From Phoronis australis (lineage: Eukaryota > Animalia > Phoronida): a stretch of DNA of 64,000 nucleotides. Below, piece by piece: positions 24,101-39,100 of this stretch (position 1 is its first letter; every line of letters starts with the position of its first letter). The DNA lies in assembly GCA_002633005.1 (NCBI GenBank), contig NMRA01000165.1:719766-783765 (forward strand). The letters run 5' to 3'. The notes beneath the pieces were generated by a model. The model saw nothing but the letters and a program-made list of their open reading frames with translations, searched no databases and was not told the origin of the DNA. The translations under genes and the position numbers were made by a program.

Positions 24101-27100
24101 CGTTCACCTTGGTTTATTTGGACTAGATAATCTTGAATCAAAAGCTTCTGCCATGGTATCTAGTCAGGTGAGGTTCTTCTTTTGAGGGCAGCTCTGGTGA
24201 TACAGTATCTTCTCCACAGCACCTCAGGATTGAGAACTTCAACTCTATAGAACAGCAAGGCAGACAGCTGAGCTGGGGTAGCAAAGATAGATAGGTAGTG
24301 TCCTGACGTAAGAAGACTTATTTTATGTGGTATCAAGTCTAAGATTGTTTGGTAATGTCAGACGCCGTCTAAAGTTAGTACAATATTTTCCTAATCCATT
24401 GACCGGATACTTGTCAAAGTTTTGAGAACTGTTGTTACTTCTGTAACGCATTCAAGTGATAAATGTGACTGTGTGATGTTTCCACAATTGTCCTGATCCT
24501 CGAGCTCCTAAGTGCTAAATAGTCTGAGTTTATAAGATCATAGGCTACCCTCCTGTTTTTTGGTTGTATGCCTAATAACATTTCTTGACATTTCAGTCGA
24601 CACCTTGTCCGAGGATGAGGATGATCCGCACATCGGTGAGAGCATTGGTCCGACAACCATGGACCTTCCAGGCAGCTCGGACTTCACACCCACCCCAGGT
24701 GGCCCCTTCTCTGCCTTGACCCCTTCCATGTGGCCCCAACACCTCCTGTCAAAGATCAACAATCCGGTAAGTGCTGGCTCCGATTTATCTAGCTAGTGTG
24801 GGGCGCAAGGTTCTAAATGTAACTCTTGAGCATTGTGTTTGGTCCAACGTGATAATTGCTGCTTGACTCCGTTTCTGTTGTGCAGGATGGTTAGAATTGA
24901 CAGGGCCAAAAAGGGTTTTTTCACTTGTGTAGATTTTGAAGCGTTGGACGTTGTGTGTGAATCATCAAATATCACGCCATTCTGGACATTATGTACTGTT
25001 GTTAAGATGAGTAAAACAGCGTGTGTATAATTAATAGAATGTGTCTGTTCTATACCATAGCAATTTAGAGAGTGAGCTGCATGTGGTTGGATGGAGTGTA
25101 TCTCATGTAATCAGAAGACCATGTTAATACAAACTGTATGTTATTAAAGTTAGCCATACCAGCATTACACACCACACATACTATCGGTGAATTTCAGTGC
25201 AAGATTTGCATAGCGCATTATACTTGGTCCATTATGTGTTCGGCATCAGTAAGCCATACACACAGTGATCTCTATGACGTGTTATATGATGTGTTGCTGC
25301 GATCACTTTGCCAGCAATTGCGACACGACACGACTGAATGGCATGTGACCTGTTTAAAAAACTGCAATCAAACTGTAAAAAGGCATCATCATCCGACATA
25401 GTAAACAATGTCTGCACTGCTTTAAGTTAGAATTAACTGCAACTGACCATCGCCTATAAGTACACTGAGTAACAAGTGGGTAAAAGTAGTTAAATGTACA
25501 CTTGAGACCCTGCAACTGCAAGCTCACTTGCATTACAGAGGTCGTCAGCTGATATAGACTTGCGACGCGCTTGTTGGCGTTGGCGAATTTCTGCCACGTT
25601 TGTATTTTTGGTTGCAGAGATCACTGCATAAACTACTGGCAGATTATGCTCATCTTGGTCAGGGTAATTGGTTTGTCCCAACTGAAAAGCTACTCAGTCA
25701 AGCTCAATTACTGTGAAAATAAGTATGGCATATACCCTTTAGCACAAATCCCTTCTCTTTGTCACATGCAGTGTTTTTAGTTTTAATCATTGGAGGGCAA
25801 TTTTCGGGCCTGCTCAGGAGAATTTTGTGTGATTTTTTAAAAATATTTTTCGTTGGGAAATGGGGTCGATATTTGCCCACAGGTACATAAACCATATACA
25901 TGTCACTTTATTATTTTATTTCCCATTTCCAATTTGCTTTAAACCATCTGTTCTGAGATTTGAAGTTTAAACATGAACGTATCTTGTTAAGCTTTTAAAA
26001 ACTGATAACATAATGTTTGCTTTAAGGATCCTACAATTTGAACTGCACTAGACTAATCAATACCCTCTCAAAGCCAACGTCACATACTTCTGTCAATGTA
26101 GAAGAACTATGTTTGACAATTTGTAGAGCTATCTACATCACTGCTCAGATTGCCGAAGAAGTGGTTGACTTCTCCTGATAACATTTTTCTTGTATGTCCT
26201 CTCTTTATCTCCTGTTTAGAAATTTGAAACGCCCAAAACCCCCAGTGTTGATGTCTTAGCTATTATCAGTAACCAGTGACCAAACATTAAAGCATGACAT
26301 CAATCAAAACTACTGTAAATTAGCTCTCTAAGTATTTCACATGCAATAACAAATATTTTTAAGGCTTAATTGATAGAGATTTTGTCATTAGAATTAGCCG
26401 GTGTTTGTTCAATTTCGACTGCATCAAGCAGTATCAAAAGAGAATTTGGTGGCAACATCAGCTCAAAATCAACTACCGGAGTGTTTGTAAAAGTGACCCG
26501 GTAATTACATCCAAGTGAGGCATCCCTGCTGAGAGTTCATTACAGGTAGTGGACGTGCGTCATTAGCAAGACGTCTGCTTTTGGTCATTAACATAATGAT
26601 ACTCCCACACCTCACCACACAACACTTTTGAAGAGCATAGAATGATCTGCGTGTTTAGAACATAGCAATGTGGGAGAGAGTGGTGTCAAGATGTTCTTTT
26701 TGAAGTTATAACATGCTAACCTAAGCGCTTAGTTCTTTTAAAAACTGCAATAAACTCACCCCTACATTAAACTGATTGTTCTTGTGTCTGCCATAGAATT
26801 TTATCTTTTTGCCTGTAGTTTACTCCCAAGAAGTAGGTATTAAGGCCCACATGCCTGTACTTGAAATAATGTTTTTTCAAAAGACTATTTTTGCTTTCAA
26901 GTTTTTGCTTCAGTGGTGCTCAAAGATGACACACATAGTTGCTCTACAATTTTATCTGCAGAATAACGAAATAACAACAATGTCTTACCACTGATAATGT
27001 GTTCTGTTTACTCAAGGAGGAGTGTAGTTTTTATGAATAGTAATTTTGTGTCAGATTTTATTTTCCTCACTTTTTACCCCATATTGATCCAAAGCTGTAT

Positions 27101-30100
27101 ATTTGTGTTCGCACAGCTTAGTACCAAGGCTAATAGGATACATGACTGCCAGTAGGACGGCTTTTAAAGGGTACCGTGGTTTCTCTAATAGTTCGTACAC
27201 TCTATTAGTCATACACGGCCCCTTGAAGCATGATGTTTGTACAGTAGGCGTCCTAGGGAAAAATAGTTCATACACTAGTGTACGAACTATTAGAGAAAAT
27301 ACCATATGTTACTTTTTCTACTGAATATGTTATGAGAGATTCCCAGTTCAGGAGTTTGCGCATACACAAAACGTCTTTTGGCTCTTCGATAATCTTCGTT
27401 CTTTCTGTAAGCAAGCTACAGTACAAGACAAAAGTAATCGGACAAAATATGGTTTTCCTGCCATGAGGAGTCATTCGATTAACTGCAAAAGTGACTTGTA
27501 ATAAATGTTATGGGAAACAAATTAATATTGCATACACCTTCCAACTTTCCGGTTAATGCCTCTTTGTTTTTGGTCATGAGGGCAAACCGTTTTGACTTCT
27601 GACTATGAATTTGACTTTTGCCAAGCTGTCCTGAGGGGGGGGGGGATTCCGGGTCATTTTGTCTGAATACATTGGACATATTCTATACATAAAAATACGT
27701 TATTTGGGGCACTGTGCATCCTACATTTTCAAAAGATCTCCACAACTGAAAACTTAACATATCAGAAGTGAGCCTGTGCGAACCATGCAGGGGCCAACAT
27801 TTTTTGTACTGTGTAAGAGTACTTGCAGCTGCTCTGTCTGAAGTACACACATACTTAAACAGTAAAAACACTGCAGTACAGAAAGGCTGTGTTTGTTCAA
27901 CTGTTTACATTTTTAAACTGATGGCAATTTATTTACGAAGAGAAATCTCATTTTTTTATTTTCCAGCAGTACCTAGCATTTTTTCTCAGCACCTGAAAAC
28001 ACAAACATGCCAAGGGGACCATTGGCAGTGTTGCAAGTGCTGGTAAACAGGTTGCAGCGACAAGTTGAAACTGGGTTCATGTGTGGAGAACACTAGGTGT
28101 TCTACTGGAATATGTAAACAAGTATATTGGTGTGGGCTTAGGTCACCGTGAAGGACTTCAGTGACCACTTCATTTTCATAAAAAACCCTTATCAGGGATT
28201 TCGGTGGACCAACATGTAAACAAAGTGCAAGTTGTGTGTCATGTTCTCGTGTAGCAATCTTTCTTTCTGTTAATTAACGACAACAAATAGACATTATTTT
28301 CAATTGTTTGGCATGTCACTATGATTTTGACTGCTAAATAAATAAAAGTGTAACATTTGGAACATAGTTACATTCATCTGGCTTAAGAGCAGAGAATGAT
28401 CATGCTTTTCAAACATTGATCACGATTTCATACATGGCTTTTCAAAGGTGACGCAAGATTTCCGGTGCAAAACATTTTAAACAGGTGCAGCAATGTGTTT
28501 GATTATTTGTAAGGATAACACTGCTTACTGTGACCTTCTGTCACAGCTCATCATTACAGTTGCTAGGCGCCCAGATGGCCCTTATTCTTTTCCTGAACAA
28601 AACAGACATATCTGACAGTGATCAAGCCTGTGGCTGTCGACAGTGCAGTTTATGGACAGGCAACTTAAAAGCATAATTTATAATGATTACAAATATGTTA
28701 CAAACCATGCTGGTGTGATTAATATCCATCATTTACCCATCTGTTTCTCACTTGTCCTTTTTGTGATGTATGCAGGGTTTTCTTGTTTACAACTAACATA
28801 TTTTGTTTCTTGTACACAAGCTGTAGGTCAAAGGGATTTTTCCTACTTGCTCACCACTTAAAAATGCTCGCATTACAAATTGCAGTTTGTTTATCCATGC
28901 TGACCTCTGTAATTTTTGCACAAATAGAATTGCCAAAATAACATTTTTTCCATTTTTCAAACACTGATTACAAAGTGCTTAAAGTTTTACCATGAAAGTT
29001 TTGTTTTATGTTGAATTCAAGTTTATCTCAACATTTGCTTTTGTTAAGAAATTTGAAAAAAATAAATTTACATGTCTGTCATCTTGTGAGCAGCATTTAC
29101 TGTACTCAACTACACAAAACAAATTTATCTTTCTGTGCGATAAAATAAAACTGATTTTCATTGCAAACAAATCACTCTTGGAGGAGGATGGCGAGTAAGA
29201 CTGTTGAAATATCGGTTTTTGAAGTTTGACTTGCCAATCTTTCCGTGATTGGACCAGTTGCTCTCTCTTTTCAGGTGTACAATGCTGTCAACGTAGTATT
29301 TTCCCATTGGTCATTCTGGTGTCAATTAAGTTATTGCTTAAATAAAAAGTTGCTAAGCACTGATAATAATATTTTTGAAAAGCTGACCTGTTATAAATCG
29401 TTACTAGTAGTCCATCTTGACTCCGAAGTGTGTTACTGTATCCAGCATACATTTCAAAATCCTGATCAATCCCACATTGCATTTTGTATCTCTGCAAAAG
29501 GAGAACTGAATTTGAGACATGTGAATGGCTTTGCTGACTAGTGTATTTGCTAGAGCTATCAGCTTATCTAGTTATTGTTAAGACGTTTATGATGCCTTTA
29601 GCCAGCATTCAATATATTGCCCTCATTGTTTTGCAAATGTGCCTGTATACATTATGATCACCTATGGTGGTAAGGCCCAGTTTACACACTGCAAACTTTA
29701 ATTTGGCTTTTAAGCCCTCTTTGTGTCTCAAGTCAGTTTACGGAACCAGCGTATGTAAATGGTACCAAGCCAAACCCGCTTGAGGAGATGGATTTGAACC
29801 AAATTAAGTCTTAGCCGATATGTACCTCGCAAGTGTAAACGGGCTATCGAATCACATCGACTCATATGGGAAATGATGTATAGTTGCGCATATGCAGATA
29901 TGGTTCCTGGGTCTATTTTCGTTCGCAGTATCCCGCGTCTGTGACACCTTATCTCAACGCATGTTACAAATGATCTCTACTATGGCCAAACAAAAGCAAA
30001 ACGGGAGAGATAATGATGCTACTTGAGGTATGGGGGCCGGGTCACCATTCTCTCTTGCGAGGGTGGCAGGACTCCCCAGCGGAACATGAAATCTGTCACT

Positions 30101-33100
30101 AGTATCTTGGTCTTGGTGGTGTAGAGGAAACAGTTTGAGCTGGTCGGAATAATTGCTAATGTGGTGTAAATGTGAGACAAAGCAATTTGAGCCCCTAGAG
30201 CTGTATAATGTAAACTCAGTTGGTGTTATACCATAAATATGGTGTAAGCAGACAGATCACCTATACATTATCTGTATTGTTCTCTTGACAAACCAAAAAC
30301 ATGTTTGTAACAGTACATGACCACAGAATGGTCAGGCCAGCTGTTGCCAGTATTATGCCGTTCTAGTGTGGAGAATAATGATGCGCATCACATAAAATAC
30401 ATGACACCTTTGATTAGATAGCTGACATTTCCATGAATATAAATAGTCTGTCTATGTGGGTGTTTATGTGTTAGAGCACCAATAACAGGTTTGATAGAAT
30501 CGATATGATGTATTAATACAAAGTGATGCAGTAGTGTTCAGCATATGGAATGAATGGGGCATAGTAGAACATGATTATTTGGGAATATTACAAGTATTTG
30601 TTATTGCTTGTATGTTCATTTGAAAATGTAATTACTTGTAAGTCAGTTTAGGCATATCTGTTGACATCGTTAGGGTCTTTGATACTGAATATCGACCTCA
30701 TTCATCTTTAAGATCATTTTGAGTACAACATTTGAGAATCGTGAAAAATTCTCTTCACTTGGCCAGAATATCATTCCTCTCTAACAATTAAAAATTCCCC
30801 TCAGGTGTAAAATTGGTTTCAATTCATGTCCATGAAAGAATCAATTTACAAGAAAATGTAAATTTCTTAAACTCCTGATTTTAAGAGGAATATGAAATTG
30901 TCTCTTCACGAAAGACATGCTATACCCTGTGCCCGGTTGCCTAGAACAGTCGCTTTATCTTCTGCATTTTTGTGTCATTATTTACCTACAGGTGATAATG
31001 TTTTTCTAACATTTTATCTTTATATGAGGTCTTTAACTAATGACACCATTTTTTAATAAAATATCTGAAAACAGCCCTAATTTCAATGAAAATGAATAGA
31101 GACTTGGTCCTTAAATTAGAAGTGTTGCATGATAAGATCCCTGTCTATTTTCAGTAATATTGAGTACTCAGCGTAGAGTTTACACTCAATCTGCGTCAAA
31201 ACCAAAAGTTGGCTTAGTGTTTTTACAAGTCCACAAATGCAGCACTTGAAAAGTTAAGGAACATAGCTGAGTCCCTTTTTCTTAGGACTATTTCATGCAA
31301 CTGTGCATTGGGGCACAGAACTATGAAAAATGCTAACGACTTCATCACGGGGAGCAAAAAGTTCACTAATTGACAAGTGTCTCTAAAAATTCTACCATAG
31401 CTGCCAAAATCTCTGGCATAGTGTGATTCTGATTATCATCTAGTACAATACATCCTTAACACCGCGTCTTCAGTTTTCTGATAGAGTTGTCCCCACTGAC
31501 GTTGAGCGACAAGTCGTATGATTACCGCACCCTTCTTCATGTGATTCAATCGTGTTTTCAGCCTGAAGATGCCTCTGGACAGATGGACTACAGATACGAT
31601 GAATTTGGTTTCAAAGTTGAAGAGGAAGGTGAGTGGTGGTGGTGGAATCTGAAAATGTTTCAGAATCGATTAATTTGAAAATCATTTCCGATTCGAGGCT
31701 CTGTTTCTCTAGCGAACATCAGATGATGATGCCTTTGGTTGCCAGGCAAAGATTTGCGTGCGGCCGAGGAGACTTTGCCCTGTTTGCTTGACTTCTTGAA
31801 AAGTTTTAGCAGTACTAGACGAAGAGTTGTGTGCAGCCGAGGAAACATTGCGCCATTTCCAATTTTTTAGAAACATCACAAAATCAATTTTACTCTTTTG
31901 TAATCGGATCTCGATTCAATGTTTTTCTTTAGCGACGATGTCGGCGACAAATTGTCGAATTGTTGCAAGACTAGTGAGTGGTGTTATTATTCGTGTGGAT
32001 GATGGTTGGTTTTGTCCAAGACCTGTCTGTCTGAAATGATGAAGTGGCTCTCATAGGGTGAGGGGGCCATAGTAAAAGTAATACATATGACGATAAGTCT
32101 GTTGGCTTGTATCAAGCAACATTGTGTGGGAATCTAGTAGTTATTTTTGTGCATCCGTTCATAAACCTTGTGTTTGAACCAGAGATAATGGATTGTGGTT
32201 CCGTGGTTTGTACATATTGACTTTGTAGGTTTTGTATTTTGTAATGAATATAAACCACTTTTAATTATGGAAGATTATGTAATCGTATGGAGGTGACGTA
32301 CACAAAATGTGAGCTAATCTGAAAGTTGCTACGGTTGCGTGTTCCTAATTTTAGTACCATTTACATGACAAACAAGCTTTCTTGACTGGAGATGTTCATT
32401 CTTTGCTATAATATAGAAAACGCAGTATCGTGGTACAATTTTGAAAGTTTTTCTAACATGGAAATGAGCATGGGATTGCCTTGAATTCAAGTACTAAATG
32501 TACTACCACATATTGGCTGCTGTTGTGATGTGTTTTGTATTCTGGAGCAACTTGAGATGATAATTTGGTGAATGCGTCTATTGATTCATATTAAATTTCT
32601 TCCTGATCTTTCAGATGGTCCTGAGGAGAACTCTAGCAAACTTCTAAGCACTCCTTTCATAGAGGACCCCCAGCACCGCCTGAAGTGGACAGCATACCTC
32701 GAGTTCACGCACAACCACGAAGTGGGAGACCTGACCTGGGACAGGGTACGTGGGATGGTTAGACGTTGTGCTTGGAAATCGTTGTTAGTAGTACTGTGCT
32801 GCCATTCTATTTATCGCGTCCGTGGTTAACCTTTCGCCATTCTTGCGAGACTTTTAACATATTTTGTTTTTTCCTGTTTGCAAAGTTTTTTTATTTACAT
32901 ATAAGCAGCTGTGTTGTTATCAGAAAGATTTTAAATGTTATTCGTGTTACTCACTAGGTGGAGCAGCGGTTGCCGCGGTCGGAGAAGCTGCGGCTGATGA
33001 TCAAGCAGGGCATACCTCACTCCCTTCGCCAGCACATCTGGCCCAGGATCTCCGGCGCCCTGGAGAAGAAGAAGAACTCACATACCAGCTACAAAGACAT

Positions 33101-36100
33101 TGTAAAAACCAGCTCCAATGACTTTCTGGTCACATCCAAGCAAATTGAGAAGGTATCCGGATCCTATAGAACGTCAATAGCAAATGCTGTTTATTATAAT
33201 GAAAGTAGAAAAGTGACCTCCACTTGAACTTCTTTCAAATTTTGTTGCTTACTTGGGCGATGTGGGCAATAAGTGAAGTCAAATTTTCTCCATCTTTAGA
33301 CATTTCACAGTGTTGGTAGTGATTGGAAGTATGATGGTTGTAAAGAAATTTGAAAATTCTGTATAGTGCCACTGCTTTAAATCTTCATCCAGGTTGTTTG
33401 TGAACTCTAGGTGGTGCTGAACAATATTGTCTTTAATTTTCTGGTGGCACCACTGATTTGAGTTGGTTGCCACTACACTGAAAATGCACTTCGGTGTATG
33501 CAATCTTGGCTGTGTGCCGTAGGCGCAATAATCTTACGAGTAAATCTTATGTGATGAGGTGCTTTACTTCTAGTGCGTGCAGGGCTTGGAATTTTCTCTT
33601 TTTAGAGGATTTCATCTTTTTGGTTTCAATTTCTTCTTTAATATTTGATTTCCAATTTCTTATTTTTTGCGTATCTTTTTTATCAATATTTTGAATTTAT
33701 TCATGCAAAACGTTCAATTAAATCTTACAACACAACAAAATATTTCTATCCCATGAGCCTATTTATTTGTGGAACGATACATCACTTGGAAAATTTTCCT
33801 CTTTTTTGTGATTAGTCATACCAAACCCTGATGGTGTTATCGCGCAAAGATCTTGTGTTATGGAATGCAGCCCCTATGATGGCTGTTTTTTCCACCTTTA
33901 TTACTTGCATGTCTGTGTTAAAACTTACCACCTTCCCTCTCTGTAGGACCTGTTGCGCACAATGCCGAGTAATGCATGCTTCTGCAACATCAACAGCACT
34001 GGTATCCCACGGTTACGGAGGGTACTGCGCGGCCTGGCCTGGCTCTACCCTGACATTGGTTACTGCCAGGGCACGGGAATGGTGAGTCCAGTGGTTTTGT
34101 TAATCAGTATATTCTTGTAGTTACCGATCAATGTCCATACAAGTTGTTAGACTGCTGTTTATAATTATTATGTAGTGTGATTTCTTTACTACCGACGTCA
34201 GTGCTCGTGATCACTCTTTCTAGGCAGGCTCAGCAATTCAGTCAATGTTGGTCACTAATACTAGTCTCCCCATATTTGATTCAGACTGTCTTTATCTTGC
34301 TACCAAATACCAACCATAATTTCTGTATATTTTACCCCTCTCCTCCAATCTCCTTGATGAGGCCCTCTTCTTGGCAATCCATGTTGACTTCTAATGACAG
34401 CTTGTCAACCTCCACGTGAACTGTGGGCTGCATTTCTCTATATACTTACCATAATCTCCTCAATTCCCGCCAGATTGCCGCCTCTCTCTTGCTGTTCCTG
34501 GAGGAAGAGGAGGCATTCTGGATGATGTGTACTATCATCGAAGATCTGCTTCCTGCCTCCTACTACTCCAGCACACTGATTGGTGTACAGGCCGACCAGA
34601 GAGTCCTGAGGCAGCTCATAGTCAGCTACTTGCCTGATACAGACCTGGTGTTGAAGGAGCACGATATTGGTACGTGAAGCATTACCTGAGTTGGTAAGGT
34701 TAGATTTTAAAGGTGTGTCTTTCCATACAGGCTCACTGGTAAGTGTTCAGGTTGACCAGAGAGTCCTGAGGCAGCTCAGTCAGCTGTTTGCCTGATACAG
34801 ACCTACTCATTTTGCTGAACATATCTGACCTCATGTTTAAGTCCATAGACATATTTTGCTGGAAGTAGAAATTTAAGAAATGGGAAATAGGCGGATCAGC
34901 AAAGAATTTTTTCTGGACATGCTACAAAATGCTTGTGACTGCATTCTTCAGTTGCTGCATCCCTTTCATAGTTTTGTCAATCTCTTGCAGAGCTGTCGCT
35001 GATCAGCCTTCACTGGTTCCTGACGTCCTACGCCAGCGTGGTTCACATGAAGGTGCTTTTGCGTATCTGGGACCTGCTCTTCTACGAAGGCTCCGTTGTG
35101 CTCTTCCAGGTCACTCTAGGCATGCTGAAGATGAAGGTGGGTGGACAGTGAAACCTTCTGTTTGTAGTCTTGGGTTGAGTTGACTTGACTATTACGTACC
35201 ACTTTGGTTGTTAACTTATGCGAAAACATCTCGAAATAGCCAGGATGAATACTCTGACTAATGGATGGCTAAGAGGGGAATGTTATCTTTATTAATTATT
35301 AGTCAGTTTGCTAAATTTTACTTATTCTGTGAAAATGAAATTAATAAAGAAAGTATTTCAAACCGGAAGTAGGACACTAGAAAAACGTTCAAATTAGGTC
35401 AAGTTTGGGGCATCATATCTGGCAAATGGCTTATTAGATTCAAATGAAACTTTCAACTACTGTGCTTAATGCACTGTTCTCAAAAACACTGTTGGGATTA
35501 TTGTTTTTAAAATGTTCCTCTTTTGCATGGAACGTGCGTTTATTGCCACTTTCATTTAAAATTTCTATAGATTTAATGTATTANTTAAAACTTACCACCT
35601 TCCCTCTCTGTAGGACCTGTTGCGCACAATGCCGAGTAATGCATGCTTCTGCAACATCAACAGCACTGGTATCCCACGGTTACGGAGGGTACTGCGCGGC
35701 CTGGCCTGGCTCTACCCTGACATTGGTTACTGCCAGGGCACGGGAATGGTGAGTCCAGTGGTTTTGTTAATCAGTATATTCTTGTAGTTACCGATCAATG
35801 TCCATACAAGTTGTTAGACTGCTGTTTATAATTATTATGTAGTGTGATTTCTTTACTACCGACGTCAGTGCTCGTGATCACTCTTTCTAGGCAGGCTCAG
35901 CAATTCAGTCAATGTTGGTCACTAATACTAGTCTCCCCATATTTGATTCAGACTGTCTTTATCTTGCTACCAAATACCAACCATAATTTCTGTATATTTT
36001 ACCCCTCTCCTCCAATCTCCTTGATGAGGCCCTCTTCTTGGCAATCCATGTTGACTTCTAATGACAGCTTGTCAACCTCCACGTGAACTGTGGGCTGCAT

Positions 36101-39100
36101 TTCTCTATATACTTACCATAATCTCCTTAATTCCCGCCAGATTGCCGCCTCTCTCTTGCTGTTCCTCGAGGAAGAGGAGGCGTTCTGGATGATGTGTACT
36201 ATCATCGAAGATCTGCTTCCTGCTTCCTACTACTCCAGCACACTGATTGGTGTACAGGCCGACCAGAGAGTCCTGAGGCAGCTCATAGTCAGCTACTTGC
36301 CTGATACAGACCTGGTGTTGAAGGAGCACGATATTGGTACGTGAAGCATTGTGTGAGTTGGTAAGGTTAGATTTTAAAGGTGTGTCTTTCAATACAGGCT
36401 CACTGGTAAGTGTTCAGGTTGACCAGAGAGTCCTGATGCAGGTCAGTCAGCTGTTTGTCTGATACAGATCTACTCACAGAGCACCACATTTGGCTCTCAG
36501 CAACATGCATTTCATTCATTTTCCTGAACATATCTGATATTATGTTGAAGTCCATAGACATATTTTGCTGGGAGTAGAAATTTAATAAATGGTAAATAGG
36601 CGGATCAGCAAAGAATTTTTTCTGGACATGCTACAAAATGCTTGTGACTGCATTCTTCAGTTGCTGCATTCCTTTCCTAGTTTTGTCAAACTCTTGCAGA
36701 ACTGTCGCTGATCAGCCTTCACTGGTTCCTGACGTCCTACGCCAGCGTGGTTCACATGAAGGTGCTTCTGCGTATCTGGGACCTGCTCTTCTACGAAGGC
36801 TCCGTTGTGCTCTTCCAGGTCACATTAGGCATGCTGAAGATGAAGGTGGGTGGACGGTGAAACTTCTTCTGTTTGTAGTCTTGGGTTGAGTTGTCTTGAC
36901 TATTACGTACCACTGTGGTTGTTAACTTATGTAAAAACGTCTCGAAATAGCCAGGATGAATACTCTTGACTTATGGATGGTTAAGAGGGGAATGTTATCT
37001 TTATTAATTAAGATGTTTTTAGTCAGTTTACTACATTTTACTTATCCTGTGAAAACGAAATTAATAAAGTGTTTCAAACCGGAAATAGGACTCTAGAAAA
37101 GCGTTCAAATTTGGTCAAGTTTGGGGCATCATATCTGGCTAATGGCTGATTAAATTCAAATGAAACTTTCAACTACTGTGTTGTTTTTAAAATGTTCCTC
37201 TTTTGCATGGAACATGCGTTTATTACCACTTTCATTTAAAATTTCTATAGATTTAACGTATTGGTTGTAATTTGGCTAAATGCTTTTGACTTGGCAATAA
37301 GATCCCACACAACTTCCTGCTCTAATAAGTGAGGGACATGTGTAGTTGGTGTGTGCAGTTTTTTAAGATTTCTGTAAATTATTTTAGACAAATGAGTGTT
37401 TTCTGACAAATATTTTGTATTCCTGTTTATTTCCCTATTGATAAAGTAATGTTTAAAACCTTATGTAACATTTTCAGGAGCCAGAGTTAATGCAGTTAGA
37501 CAACTCAGCCCAGATATTCAACTGTCTCTCTGATGCCCCTGGCGACGTACAGGACGTCGATGACTTGATCGAGGTATTAACAGTATTGTGTCTTTTGTGA
37601 GTTAAACATACACTGTCCACTTCCTTTATTGTTAAAAACTTCTTCAAAGGAATTTAATGGCGATCCAATCTTGTTAAATTTTATTCTTAGTTGATCCTCT
37701 TTCAACACGTCAAATGTTTTCAAAATAACCAGAACTTAATATGAAATTTTCAGATGATAGTTGACTTTCTTCCGGTTCACTACCAAAATAGCTGGTGCAG
37801 TTGAACGGCTTTGAACTTGCTTTTCTGGGAATTGTCAGTAAAAACGTAAATACATGCTGAGCTTAAATTTACAATTACATCTTCCTATTTTAGTGACGTT
37901 CTGAGATTGGTGAAACTTACTGTGTTTTAAACTGGTAGAACTAAAGGAAAGTCTTCATCATTTCCATTCTAGCCTTCCACGATTGTAGTATGTCCTGGCT
38001 GGAGCTATTGGATGTTATTGTTGACATTTTGAAGCATTTCAAACTTGTCTTATCCTAGTTTGAGGCCTCTAAAAAGCTTGCACAATCTCTTTAAATTGCA
38101 TGCTACAAACGATTCATCCCTTGCCTTTGTTCTTGTTCAGATTTCCTACCGAGTAGCCATGTCTCTCACAGACGTCATCATCGACACGCACCGACGAAAA
38201 CATCTGGCTTATCTCATGGCTGACCAGGGAACGCTGGTCAATCCGGAGTCGAGCAGGAACCTGCCAAAACAGGTAAAGTGAGAAGGGCTTTCTGCGGAAT
38301 TTATTTCTTCATGAAATTTGTCTGTCACAAAGGTGTTGGGTTTATGGTGTACATTGGGTTTATGGTGTACATTGGGTTTTGTTGCTATGTAATTAACTTA
38401 TCTTAAAGCCTGGCAGGGAAGCCAATCTTCTTGTGTTGTATGGACATTCTTTTTACAACATTCATTTATGAATAACTGTTCACAGTTCTTTTCTTTTGAT
38501 CTGTTCATTCTCAAGCACATTCTTTCAACAAACCCATTTCTTTATCCACAAGCCAGTCTAGTGACTCCATACAATTTGGTTCACACAAACACTGTACATC
38601 ATAGAATAGAGGAATAACACTACGGATGCAAGTATATTCATCGTTACAGTACTCCAATGTTTTACTTCATCTTCAGAGTTACAAAATATTGTAACTATGA
38701 ACATATTTTGTGTTTGTCATGTTATTCCTCATTGATATATGACCTAAGCGTAACATCATTAACAATGAAATAGCTGTCCCACTATGACAGTTGTTTAGAA
38801 TTAGCTTTTCGCTACCTTTGATCGTTTGTTATGCACTATTTAAAATGTTAGTTGTTGCCGTGAAATGAAAAATATAGCGACTGATTTGGGTAAGGTAGTG
38901 CAATTGAAGACTTGTTTTTCAATAGTGCTTGGACAAGAAAATTGCAGTCTGACTAACGTTATTTCATTTCTAAATGATGTTTTCATTTCTGAATCAGCAA
39001 TTGAACAAAAGACAGCTGAAGCGGTCCAAGTCTCTCATCTCACTACTGTTATGGGGTGTGGACGATGATGACGACTGGGGTAAAGCTAAGAATATCCGAC

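Noticed and set aside
22800-24400. Decayed transposon coding sequence in SGSM3 intron 1
   Set aside because: Only short open frames, with no recognisable reverse transcriptase, transposase or endonuclease motif.
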